DNA of 64,000 nucleotides from Eledone cirrhosa. Lineage: Eukaryota. The stretch covers positions 36,208,001 to 36,272,000 of the forward strand of contig OZ024756.1 of NCBI GenBank assembly GCA_964016885.1. The letters are read 5' to 3'. The notes beneath the pieces are model-generated. The model did not search any database. It was given only the letters and a program-made list of their open reading frames with translations, and was not told the origin of the DNA. How positions within the stretch are numbered: the stretch's first letter is position 1; every line of letters starts with the position of its first letter. Made by a program: the position numbers and the translations under genes. This document shows positions 26,191 to 38,700 of the stretch, piece after piece.

Positions 26191-26782
26191 TAGAGACTTG
26201 GTAACAATATATAATTAACAAGTTGCTGGATCAGTAGATATAATAGCATGTAGAACTAAATATCTTGCAGTGTTTAGTTGCAATGCAGTGTTTAGTTTTC
26301 GATTTCGAATCCCACCAAGGTCAACTTTACTTTTTTTATTTCTGAGGTCAATAATAAAATAAAGTACAAGTGATAAACTGATGATTGATACAAACTGACT
26401 GTTCTCTTTCTCAAATTTATAGTTTTGTGTTGTCATTGAGTGATGGAAGTGGAATTGCAGTATGATATGTCAGTGACCAGGTCGCATTCAGTGTGATGAA
26501 AATTTTGACACCATGAAATAAATATTAAAAGTGAATACAATTGTTGTTTTTTGTTTTGAATGGCTAAAATAATTCTTTCACAAATATCATCATCTTCACC
26601 ATCATTATTTTATGTCTATTTTCCATGCTGGCATGAGTTAACATAGTCTCTGATTAAATGGGTCAGTAAGACCATAGCTTGCTTATACATTCCATATTTA
26701 TTATATGGCTGGAAGCTCTCCTTAATGCCAACAACTTTACAGAGTGTACTGGATGCATTTTATTGTGATACCAGAACTATCA

Positions 26783-29068
26783 CTTTACAGATTGTACTGT
26801 GTGCATTTTATTATGGTACCAACACTAGAGAAGTTATCAGGTAGTACTTGACAAATCCAGAAGGTCCTCTCTATGAGGGGTGGGGTACCAAAAGCATTCT
26901 AATGTTACACCAATGTTCGTCTGTTCCACTGCAGATTAAAAATATTATTTTGTTAATACCTAAATCTAGAAAAAAAAAAAAAAAGGAAAAGATTACACGC
27001 CAGAGGTTTATTGTGTAAACGATGAAACTTCATGTACACATGTATATTGGTACAGGTGAGTGAATTTAGAGCAACGTGAAATAATGTGTCTTGCTGAAGA
27101 TCGCAATACACCACCAGAAATCAAAACTATGCCCATTCAATTATGAACTGAAAACTGTAACTACTAAGCCATGCATAGTAGGACATTTACAAACACATCA
27201 ATAATATTCCGTTAACCCTTGTGAAGCTCTCTACATTCCAGAATCACATCATGAGACTTATGACTAACAAACAACTCAGCGGCCATATCTCTATCAATGA
27301 GCTACTTAACATTACCAAGCTTAAACCAATCACATCAGTTATCAAGTCAAGAGTACTTAAACTGTATGGTCATATCTGAAGATCAACTCGTGGTGTGAGT
27401 AAGTTATGTCTAGAAATAAAGTTAACTTGTAAGATAAGCAGAGGTCAACAGCCAAAACGCTGGTTTCATAATGTCAATTTACGGGGACTGGACTTACTTT
27501 AATTCTCAGGGAAATTTAGCGTAACAGTGTATGATAATGGTGGCCCTTTGAACCACGGGAACATTCTATCTTGTACTATAATGTATGTGGATTGGCAGTA
27601 TCGGTAGAGAGTCAGACATGGTCATTCTCATCAAACCAGTCCTTGTTTTCTTGTGACAAAGCCAAGGACCTCTGCTGAAGCCTCATAGACCGAGCTCCTG
27701 AAGTCCTTCCAGTTGTTCTCATACACGCATACATACTTACATATATACATGTATACATACATGCATACATCCATACATACATACATGTATACACACATCC
27801 ATCCATACGTGTATACATACATACAATGGTTAAAGTGTTTGACTGACGACCATAAGTTCATGGGTTCATATTTGGGACCGGGTAGTTATTGAATCAACCT
27901 GATATCAATGTTTATTATACAGCACACTTCCTCTTTGGTATAATATGACACATAGTAATATCTAACATAGTACCCATCTAATCTGTTATAATATGATTTA
28001 CCTTTCCTCTGTGAAGGCACATGCCTTAGGGGTTATGGTTTCTTCGATCCTGCAGCATGTTGCGTCCTTCAGTAAAATACTTTAGTTCGTGTAGCATCTT
28101 CTACCAGGACTTGTGGCAGACAGATAATATCAGTAATGGAAAAAACCTTGTTTCATTAGTATGACCTGGAAATCAGTTCCACTCTATTTATCTTCTTTAT
28201 TAAAGGCAATCAAATTATTTTTTATTTTATTCTTTTTCTTATTTTTCCATGTTTGTTAAATAAATTCCAAAAAATCGAACTAAATTGAAATTTTGTAATA
28301 AAATTTCCATAAAAGTTAATGTTTACAATAGAATAAAATGTAATAAAATGTATTGAAGTCGACGAAATGTGGACCTTCATTTTTGAAAGATGGATAATGC
28401 TATAAGCAGACCTTACAATATTGTACCACAATTTTCCTTTGTGCAAAAGTGGGCAGCCGAATTTAGGAAAGGATAGGGGATTCTTGAAGATGACCCAATG
28501 TCTGGACGTCCTACAACTGCCACTACCGAGGAAAACATTGATCTCAGTACTGCAACACCGATGGAAGAAGTGTGTGGAACGCAAGGGAGACTATGTTGAA
28601 AAATAAACCTCATTTGGTCACATTCCATGAGAGTATCTTTGTCAACCCTCGTATCTATGCGCAATATACGTAAAGATACAGAATTGCGGGCACTACAACG
28701 CTATTAGCTGTCATATTTGTTGGTGAAAAAAATTTGATTATAAAACTTAAATTTATGAATGACTTGTTTTCTAATTAACTTAAATTTGTTTTCTAATTTG
28801 GCCCTTTTAAGGGCCACCTATATTTTCATTTAAGTAACTCCACTTACATCGATATGCTTTATAACCAACACTTGTTTTCTATTTGTTTTCTAATTTGGCC
28901 CTTTTAAGTCTTCCCTTTCTCTCTCTTCCCTATCTCTCCTCTTCCCTCCCTCTCTCAAAAAAAAAACGCGTGAAAACTCCACTTACGCGTGGTAGTAATA
29001 CGGAAATAAACGATGTTGACGAGTGACGTCACCGCCTGTTTTCCACTGGACTGACAGCTCATAGCGTT
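26783..29068 (+). repeat. Segmental duplication, copy B (upstream of COG8)
   Basis: Direct copy of 1151-3497; ends inside the right inverted-repeat arm, where it joins a SINE (TAGCGTT|CTGAGTTCAAATCCC). Confidence 0.95.
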
Positions 29069-29829
29069 CTGAGTTCAAATCCCGCCGAGGTTAGCTTTGC
29101 CTTTCATCCTTACGGGGGTCGATAAAATAAAGTATAATTAACGCAAGGGAGTCGATTTAATCGACTTTCTCCGTTCCCAAAAATTGTTGACTTTGTGCCG
29201 AATGTATAAACAATTATAATGTAAGTGGCTGAGTATTCCACATATACATGTACCCATGAAATAATTGTCAGGTTGATTCGGCGTAAGAGAGTGTGATAAG
29301 GTTGGATCTTTAGATTAGAAGTACAGTTCATGAACGGGCTTTCACATGCGTTTAAATCAGTCATGGGCAAACTGCAGCCCGTTTGGCTTTTTGAACGGCA
29401 CGCCTGATTTGAAAATTGCCTTGAATGTTTCAGTAGTGCGGTCTGCTTTATGATAAGCAACATCCTATGCGGCTCACTTGCTCATGCTTGGTTTAAATAT
29501 TACATTCGTGAGGAAGTGAGTGTCATTCAATTTAATGATCGATACTGATAAAGGGGGATAACTCTAAAGTCATAACAAACAGCTATACATATATACAGAC
29601 TTCATCGTCTGCCCTAGCATAGGGGAACTCTCCTGTGTCAGTAACTAACGTGGCCGCTATTGACTTCTATACACAGTTACACAGTACAGTTGTAAATAAT
29701 ACACTGTTATACACCGTACACACATTTTACGCGGTGTCGTGTAAATAATAAACAGTTACACATAACGATACACTATCGTCTCATTCCCATTACTCCTCAG
29801 TGGAACTCTCTAGTGTTTCACTAACTAAC

Positions 29830-32459
29830 ATGTCTACCATCGACGTGGAAGATGAAACAATTCTTACTGCGATATTTAAGGATTCTTTCCCCGGTAATTT
29901 AAAATGTTTTATCTTTAATATTTACAACAATAATCCGCCACAATGGTTACATTGTTACATCTCTTTACATCCACCTAACAGATATATCTTCCATAGAAAA
30001 CAAACACTGTCACTCTCTTTTCTCCCCACCCTCTCTTAATCTAGTTACACACCTCTGTATATATCGCTCGGCTTCTGACATTATTTTGGTTTCATGAGAC
30101 ATAAAGAGTTGTTGTTGCTGTTTTTGTTTAGACTTGACTGAACACACTTATGATGAAAAGCGTTCTAGCAATGGACATCCTGTCTTTGCGCGTGTATGTG
30201 TGTTTTGTTTTGGGACACACCACGTTATTCAACGTGTCCTTCCGTATTTAATACAGTAGGGCGTGGTTTGGGGGACAATTTAACTCCTATTTCGTGTATA
30301 TAGGGCAACCACATAGATCCTTCCCCGTTGACACGATATTATAGGAATGTGTGATGTTCAAGCATTTCTCAGTAGGTAAAGCGGATCTGAGATAAACCAG
30401 GTCGCGTGTTCGTCCCGCCACAAATATTATTTATTAGGATAGTCATTCGTCTATTTTTATGAAGTTCAAACCCCACAATGTTTGATTTCGTTTCTCATAT
30501 TCCCTGCCTTAATAAAACAAGAAATACCAGTTATATACTAAGCCCTATTCAATCAATTTTACTTCATTTCCTTACAAATGTACATTTAGGCAGCGAATTG
30601 TCAATCATTTAATCATTACAGCATGGGATTAGGTTTGCCTTTCATGCTTTCTGGGTCGATAAATAAAGTATGTCTTTGACAGTGGCTTAGCGGAATTGTT
30701 TGAGCGTCGGACTGCATCTATTGTAAATAGTGTCTGCGCCACGTCTACGCATTCTAAGTTCAAATCCCACCTCTTCATACACACACACACACACACGCAT
30801 TAGTGATATGATAGGGCTGAGGTCTATATAATTAAAACACACAAGAAACATCTTATCAGATGCAACGTTGTGGGAGGCCTGGTCAACCTGTGTTACCCAA
30901 AGTGGTAGATCTCGACCTCCGAGGTTCGATTGCTTTTTACAAAGCATATAAATAAATTTACAGTAGAATAACATAACAAATATGTTTTAAATATATACAT
31001 AAATAAAATTACAACTGCTTAAATAACATTATAAATTGTTCGCGATTCTTTCAGAAGGATATATTCGTTTAATGTTGCAATATTTAAGAAAATGTAAAGG
31101 AAGGGGTGGACAACCGAGTCACCACCAGAGCAAAAGACAGCAACGTCGCGAGGAGTACTGGGCAACCTCTCTAATGACCTTTGAGGCAAGCCAGCACACT
31201 GGCAATGCTACCTCGGATGATGGCCAGGCTGATGCGCTTTTTCGGAACCAAAACCTGACATTTGTATAAGAAATGAAAATACATAAAATAATACGACAAA
31301 ATAGAATTGACATATTAAATAGATTTTGAATTAGTCTTTATTGTCTATTTTATATTGTTTACTGATTTATTTTTATACATGGCCGGAGTCGATGAAGGGC
31401 CCAAGGACTTCATAAAGGGGTCGATGGACTAAAATGTTTAGGGATCCCTGGGTTAAACCTACAAGGTATGAGCTGTAACAACAACACTATTTGTTGTGTC
31501 AATATATGACAAACGTATTCATTATCGAAACAAACATCTTGAAAGAAGAGATTCTGTAAAAAGATGCTATATGTTCTGGAATTAGGGCTATACGCACATA
31601 ACTTTTATGTGTGTGCATGTATGTATGTATATATAACTTTGGTGTGTATATATACACATAACGTCTGTGTGTATATACATAACTTTTGTGTGTGAGCGTA
31701 TAATTTCGATGTATATACATATAATTTCAGTGTCTACATGCATAACTTTGATGTGTATACATATAACTTTAGTATGTATGTATATACTTGTCTATAGCAA
31801 GTTTCTGCTATTTTCACAGTAGCAGAAACTATGACCAACGAAGACATGGGCAGGTGTGGCGAAGTCTGAACTCAAGATGCTGAATCTCACAACAATTGGC
31901 GAGAGCCTATGTTGAAGAAAACCTGTCCAACCCATGATAACATAGGTACAGACGTCTCTTGGTAATTTCTAGAATCAAAGGGAAATAACCGGACATATTT
32001 TTCTTTTACATCCGTGTTTCTTCCCCAGTTCTGAATTGTAACTCATTTATCGTTAGCAAAGAAATTTAAGAAGCACTAGGTAATGTATGTCAACCAGTGA
32101 AACACTACAATGTTTTAATTCAAGAAAGACGGGGGTAGTGCCCATAGCTTTTATAGGCCCTCATTATTAAAAGAGTATTTTTAATACAACAGAAACAACA
32201 TAAAAAAATATAACACTGTACATACCCAAGACACACACAGCTGTGCTCAGAAATTTAGAGACGGCATACAAAAAAAAAAAATGAACTAATTAAAATAATA
32301 ATATTAATATTTTATCTTAATTTGTGAAGAGTATATTTATTTTTGTTGAATATTTTGTAGAAACATGGAAAGAAAACCCAGATTTTGTACAATATCTCGC
32401 TGAATTAAGTTCCTATGGCATTGAGAAATTAAGTAAGTACTATCTTTATTTAGACTTCC

Positions 32460-32504
<45 letters not shown>

Positions 32505-32659
32505 ATTTTTTTCTTTAATTTCTCATTCTTTCTTCTGATGAAGGACTAGTGTCCGAAACGTTAAGACTCTCTTCCTGCTATTTCAAGCGTTAAACTAATA
32601 TATTCCTTCCATGTACTGTGCCATTTGTTTTGTTATTTTGGCTATTTCTGTTTACCTTT

Positions 32660-32750
<91 letters not shown>

Positions 32751-35700
32751 ATTGTTTGTTTGTAGGCCGTGAACCTGAGAGACTTGCTGAAGAGAAGGCA
32801 CAGATTCTTGAGGAAACTCAGGATTTAGCATTTCATAACTATAAAACATTTATAGAAACTGCTGAATGTTCCAGAGAGATCTTTGAAGATGTAAGTATAT
32901 ATATATATGTATATATATGAGAGAGAGAGAGAGAGAGATGTGCGTGTTTGTAAGCATGTGTATGTATATATATATATAGGTATGTGTACATGGCTTTCTA
33001 GGTCTGTAAACATCCGTCTGTCGCAGTCATGGAAGTCTGACAGAAATGTATTTCTTAACAGTCTAACCATCGATATCTTTGGTTTTCTTTCAGTTCCAAA
33101 TCATTGAGAAACATGTTGGTAACTTACTGCATCAGTTGCCTCCCTTCTCCTCTGAATGTGAAAATATCGCTAAGCGAGCCCAGGAGATTAATGCCAGGTG
33201 AGGATCAGCCATCTACACACCTCCAGTCACCATCACCACTTCCATTCACCACCCCAGTTCCATATCATCATCACCACTATCACTACCCCAAATACCATAT
33301 CATCACCACCACCAACAAACTATCATAATCCCCACCATTAACATCTACTACTTCCAACATGTCTCACATTTTACCTCTAACATGTCTGACACTATACCTC
33401 CAACATATCTAACACTATACCTCCAACATGTCTGACACTATACCTCAACATATCTAACACTATGCCTCCAACATGTCTGACACTATACCTTTAACATGTC
33501 TTACATTATACCTCCAGCACATCTGACACTATTCCTCCAACATATCTAACACTATACCTCCAACATGTCTGACACTATACCTCCAACATATCTAACACTA
33601 TACCTCCAACATATCTGACACTATGCCTCCAACATGTCTGACACTATACCTCCAACATATCTGACAGCGTATCTCACATAATACCTCCATGGATTTCCAC
33701 ACTTTTCCCTCCAGTATATCTCACTGTATCCCCCCCCTCCACCATGTCTGACATTGTACCTACATCATGTTTTACACTGTATCCATGTCTGACACTATAC
33801 CTCCATCATGTCTGACACTCTGTCCCTCTCTTCTGTTACATGTCCAGCCGTCGTATGAACAGTTTAACCCTCCAGCGTCACACGCAGTTACTGGAGATCT
33901 TGGAGATGCCACAACTTATGGACACTTGTGTCCGAAATGGTTACTATGAGGAGGCATTAGAACTGACCACTCATGTCAAACGGTTGGAGAAGAAGCACTA
34001 CAATCTTCCTGTTATAGCTGTAAGTCAACTTATTCATAGCATTGGATTGGCAGTATCGGTAGAGCGTCGGACAACAAGCTTTGCTGCATATAGTCGTGGT
34101 TGTTTATGTTCTAAGTTCAAATCCTGCTGAGGTTAGCTTTGTCTTTCATCCTTATGGGGTTGAAATACCTTTTGTCCAACGCTCTACTGATACTCAGATA
34201 TAATAAAATGATAATAATAATAATGGTTTCTGAATTAGGCACAAGGCCAACAATTTTTTTTTTTTAGGAGAGTGTCAATTAAATCTAGCCCAGTGCATGA
34301 CTGGTACTTCATTTTATTGACCCTGTAAGGATGAAAAGCAAAGTTAACTCACATAAAAATTATGGGTCCACTTCTGTCATGTAGTACCTATCATACAGCT
34401 ACTAATGAGTGGGCAAGGCATAACAGTCACTGCTTCACATATTTAGACTAGGGATAGAACATCTACAGGCTTGTCTACCACAACTATTCAAGAGTGGATA
34501 AGGCATAACAGTCACTGCTTCACATATTTAGACTAGGGTTCTAAACAACAACAGATCTGTCTATCCTATATCTATTTACCATGTAAGTAATGCATGACAG
34601 TCATCACTTCACATGTTTAGATGAGTGTTCTAAACAACAGATCTGTCTACCACACAACTATTTACTATATGAGCAAGGCATGTCAGTCACCACTTCACAT
34701 ATTTTACTCTTTCCTTTACAGAACATTGTTGATGAAGTGAAGGGCTCAACCCAATTGATGCTGAATCAATTAATCCAACAACTGCGTACCAACATCCAGC
34801 TCCCTCTCTGCCTCAGAGTTATTGGTTACTTAAGACGAATGGATGTCTTCTCAGAGGCTGAGCTACGGATCAAGTTCTTACAGGTGAGTCATCATCATCA
34901 TCATCGTTTTAATGTCTGCATTCCTTGTTAGCAATGGTTGGATGAGTCTACATAGACCAAGTCAGTACTGAAGCGGGGCTACTGATCTCCCAGACAAGCC
35001 AGGGATCTGTTGTCTCACTTATGTATGGTCTCACATTCTATTGAGAACACAGGAGAGGTTGTCATGTCTTTGACACAACTAAAGGTTCTCCCAACCCTTC
35101 TGTTTGGCAAGCTTGAGTATGTCTTGTATATGTATCACAGTGTTTAGTGGTGTAAGTAACTTTCTTGTGTCTTGTATGTGTCGGAGTGTTGTAAGCAGCT
35201 TTATTGAGTCACGGTTATCTGACACTTGAGCTACAGATCAAGCTCTTACAGGTGACTATGTCTTGTATACATGTCACAGTGTTCAGTATTGTAATTTTTT
35301 TTACTGTGTCATGGTTATCTGATTCTTGAGCTTCAGGTCAAGTTCTTACAAGTTAATATGTTTTCTATATATGTTGTAGTGTTGTAAGTAGTGTTATTGA
35401 GTCACAGTTATCTGACACTTGAGCTACAGATCAAGTTCTTACAGGTGACTATATCTTGTATATATGTGTGTCTATCTCCAGGCTCTGTTCCCTTAGTTAC
35501 ATCAGGCTCTGTTGTCGTAGTTACATCACTGAGCCACTAACCTATTGTCTGTCTCTCCCCAGGCTCGTGACACATGGTTCCAGTGTATTGTGGATGGAAT
35601 ACCAACAGAAGATGGTAAGTTACACACATTCTCACACATTTATACACTCATGTATTCACACACACATGCATATAAACTCACACACATATACACACACACT

Positions 35701-38700
35701 CACTCAAACATTCACCTACACATACATGCACATTTATGCAGATGCACACACTCTCATACATACACACAAGCACACTCATACACATTTGCATACACAAACA
35801 CATGCACATACACACTCACACACATGTACACACTATGGCATTATCACTTACATTACAATGCCACTACAACTACCACTATAATGATACTACAACTACCACG
35901 CCACTACAACTACCACTATAATGATACTACAAGTACCACTATAATGCCACTACAACTACCATTACAATGCCACTACAACTACCACTATAATGCCACTACA
36001 ACTACCACTACAATGCCACTACAACTACCACTATAATGATACTACAACCAACACTATAATGCCACTACAACTATCACTATAATGATACTACAACCAACAC
36101 TAAAACAACACTCCACTAACACCAGTGCTCTACCGTTCCATTGTCCAGCCTATATCCACATCACCAAGATTATTGAAGCCAGTCGTGTCCATCTGTTTGA
36201 CATTATAACCCAGTACCGGGCCATCTTCTCTGATGAAGACACATTGGTGACATCCTCATCATCACAAAAAGATGACCACCTACAACACTCCTCACCTTTC
36301 TATAGTTGGCTCACACTCAAGGTAGGTGACACTTTGGTAGTTCTATGACTCACACTCAAGGTAGGTGACACTTTGGTAGTTCTATGGCTTACACTCAAGG
36401 TAGGTGACACTCTGGTAGTTCTACTCACACTCAAGGTAGGTGACACTTTGGTAGTTCTATGACTCACACTCAAGGTAGGTGACACTTTGGTAGTTCTATG
36501 ACTCACACTCAAGGTAGGTGACACTTTGGTAGTTCTATGGCTCACACTCAAGGTAGGTGACACTTTGGTAGTTCTATGACTCACACTCAAGGTAGGTGAC
36601 ACTCTGGTAGTTCTATGGCTCACACTCAAGGTAGGTGACACTCTGGTAGTTCTACTCACACTCAAGGTAGGTGACACTCTGGTAGTTCTACTCACACTCA
36701 AGGTAGGTGACACTCTGGTAGTTCTATGACTCACACTCAAGGTAGGTGACACTTTGGTAGTTCTATGACTCACACTCAAGGTAGGTGACACTCTGTTAGT
36801 TCTACTCACACTCAAGGTAGGTGACACTCTGGTAGTTCTATGACTCACACTCAAGGTAGGTGACACTCTGGTAGTTTTATGACTCACACTCAAGGTAGGT
36901 GACACTTTGGTAGTTCTATGACTCACACTCAAGGTAGGTGACACTTTGGTAGTTCTATGACTCACACTCAAGGTAGGTGACGCTGGTAGTTCTACTCACA
37001 CTCAAGGTGGGTGACACTCTGGTAGTTCTATGATTCAATGTTGAGGATGGGTGGTGGTGGTGGAGGGGGTAGTTGTGGTGGTGGAGGTAGTGTATTGTAT
37101 TGAAGGGTTATGATGGTGGTGGTGGGGGTAGTGTATTGTATAGTGATGGTGGTGGAGATGGTGTATTGAAGAGTGGTGTAGGTGGTGTATTGAAGAGTGG
37201 TGGTGACGGTGGTGGTGTATTGAAGAGTTTGTGGTGGTAGTAAGATGATAGATGGTAGTCTATGGTATGTTCCATGGTGGTGATAGTAGTAGTAGTAGTA
37301 GTAGTGTTGTTAATGATTATAATTATGATGATTATGATGATATTTTATTTCTTCAGGTGAACCAGTTCCTCACCACTCTGGAGTGTGACCTGTCCAAAGG
37401 TGTTGGTGGTCGCCTTGATTCCTTGGTTGGTCAGTGTATGTACTTCAGTCTGTCATTTAGTCGTATTGGTGCTGACTTCCGCGGCCTTCTTCTGCCAATA
37501 TTCTACACTGCAGCACTCAATACATTTCAAGCGACACTCGACACTGCGAACAACAAGTGAGTGACTCAGTTACTTGACTGTTTTATTTGTAGTATTGGTG
37601 TTGTGGTGTGTAGTGGTGTGGTGTTGTGTAGTGTGGTGGTGTGTAGTGTATAATGGTGGTGTGGTGGGTGGTGTGTGTAGTGTAGTGTTGTAGTATTGGT
37701 GGTGTTGTTGTGTGTTGTGTACTGTGGTGTGGTGTTGTGGTGTAGTGCTGTGGTGGTGTGATGGGTGGTTTAGTGGTGTATGGTGCAGTATATGGTGTAG
37801 TGTAGTGTGGTGGCATAGTGTAGTAGTTTGGTGTATGTAGTGAACTGTAATGGTGTGGTGAGTAGTATGGTGTAGCAGTATGGTGTGTAGTGATGCAGTG
37901 TGGTGTGGTGTAGTAGTATGGTGTGTAGTGATGCAGTGTGGTGTGGTGAGTAGTGCGGAGACCCCTAACAGGGAATTTTAATAATTTTTAGTTGTCTTGT
38001 TTTCTCTTATCACACTTTTACCTGAACCCCCCCCCCCCTAAAAAACCCAAGAAAACCCATTGTACCATTTTGTGCTGTCTTCAATGTTTTCTTTTTGTAA
38101 ACCCTTTATGGTAAATAAAGAAATCATCATCATCATCATCATCATCATTATTATTATTATCTGCCAGGTTTTCAGAAATGATGGAGTCCTACAATCTAAT
38201 GGGTTTAACATTAACTGGAGGTCTGGCCTACAACATGGCGACACAGGTAACATTATTTCTCTCATTCATTAAACACCTAAACACCTGCTTATTGTAACAT
38301 TATATATATATTTATATATATATTATTGTAAGGTCTCGTTAAATTTTAATTTGTTACCAATGTAACTATGTGTGTTTACACTCTTTACAAATTATCCCCT
38401 GTGATTGTTTGATGTGTTTATTTTATATATATATGTCAATCGATTTTTAATTGAATGTTAATAAATGCTGGGATTCACGCTGTAATGTGGCCGTGTCGGC
38501 AACACGGTAAAAACCCCCCAGCCCCACACTGTAAATGTGGTTGGTGTTAGGAAGGGCATCCAGCTGTAGAAAACCCGCCAGACAGTCCTATGCGAGCAAG
38601 ATAATCACTCTTGCCTCAAGTGGGAAAACCCCCGTCCAAACCCATGCAAGCGTGGAACACGGACGTTAAGAAAAGAAAAAAAAAAAAAAGAAAATCTTTG

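Noticed and set aside
31036-31269. 77-aa ORF in COG8 intron 1, possible piggyBac remnant
   Set aside because: Only a weak GVD-like match; not supportable.
36300-36971. 223-aa antisense ORF ([13 protein letters not shown])n and CRISPR-like look of the array
   Set aside because: By-product of 36/39-bp units; there are no unique spacers or cas genes and the context is eukaryotic.
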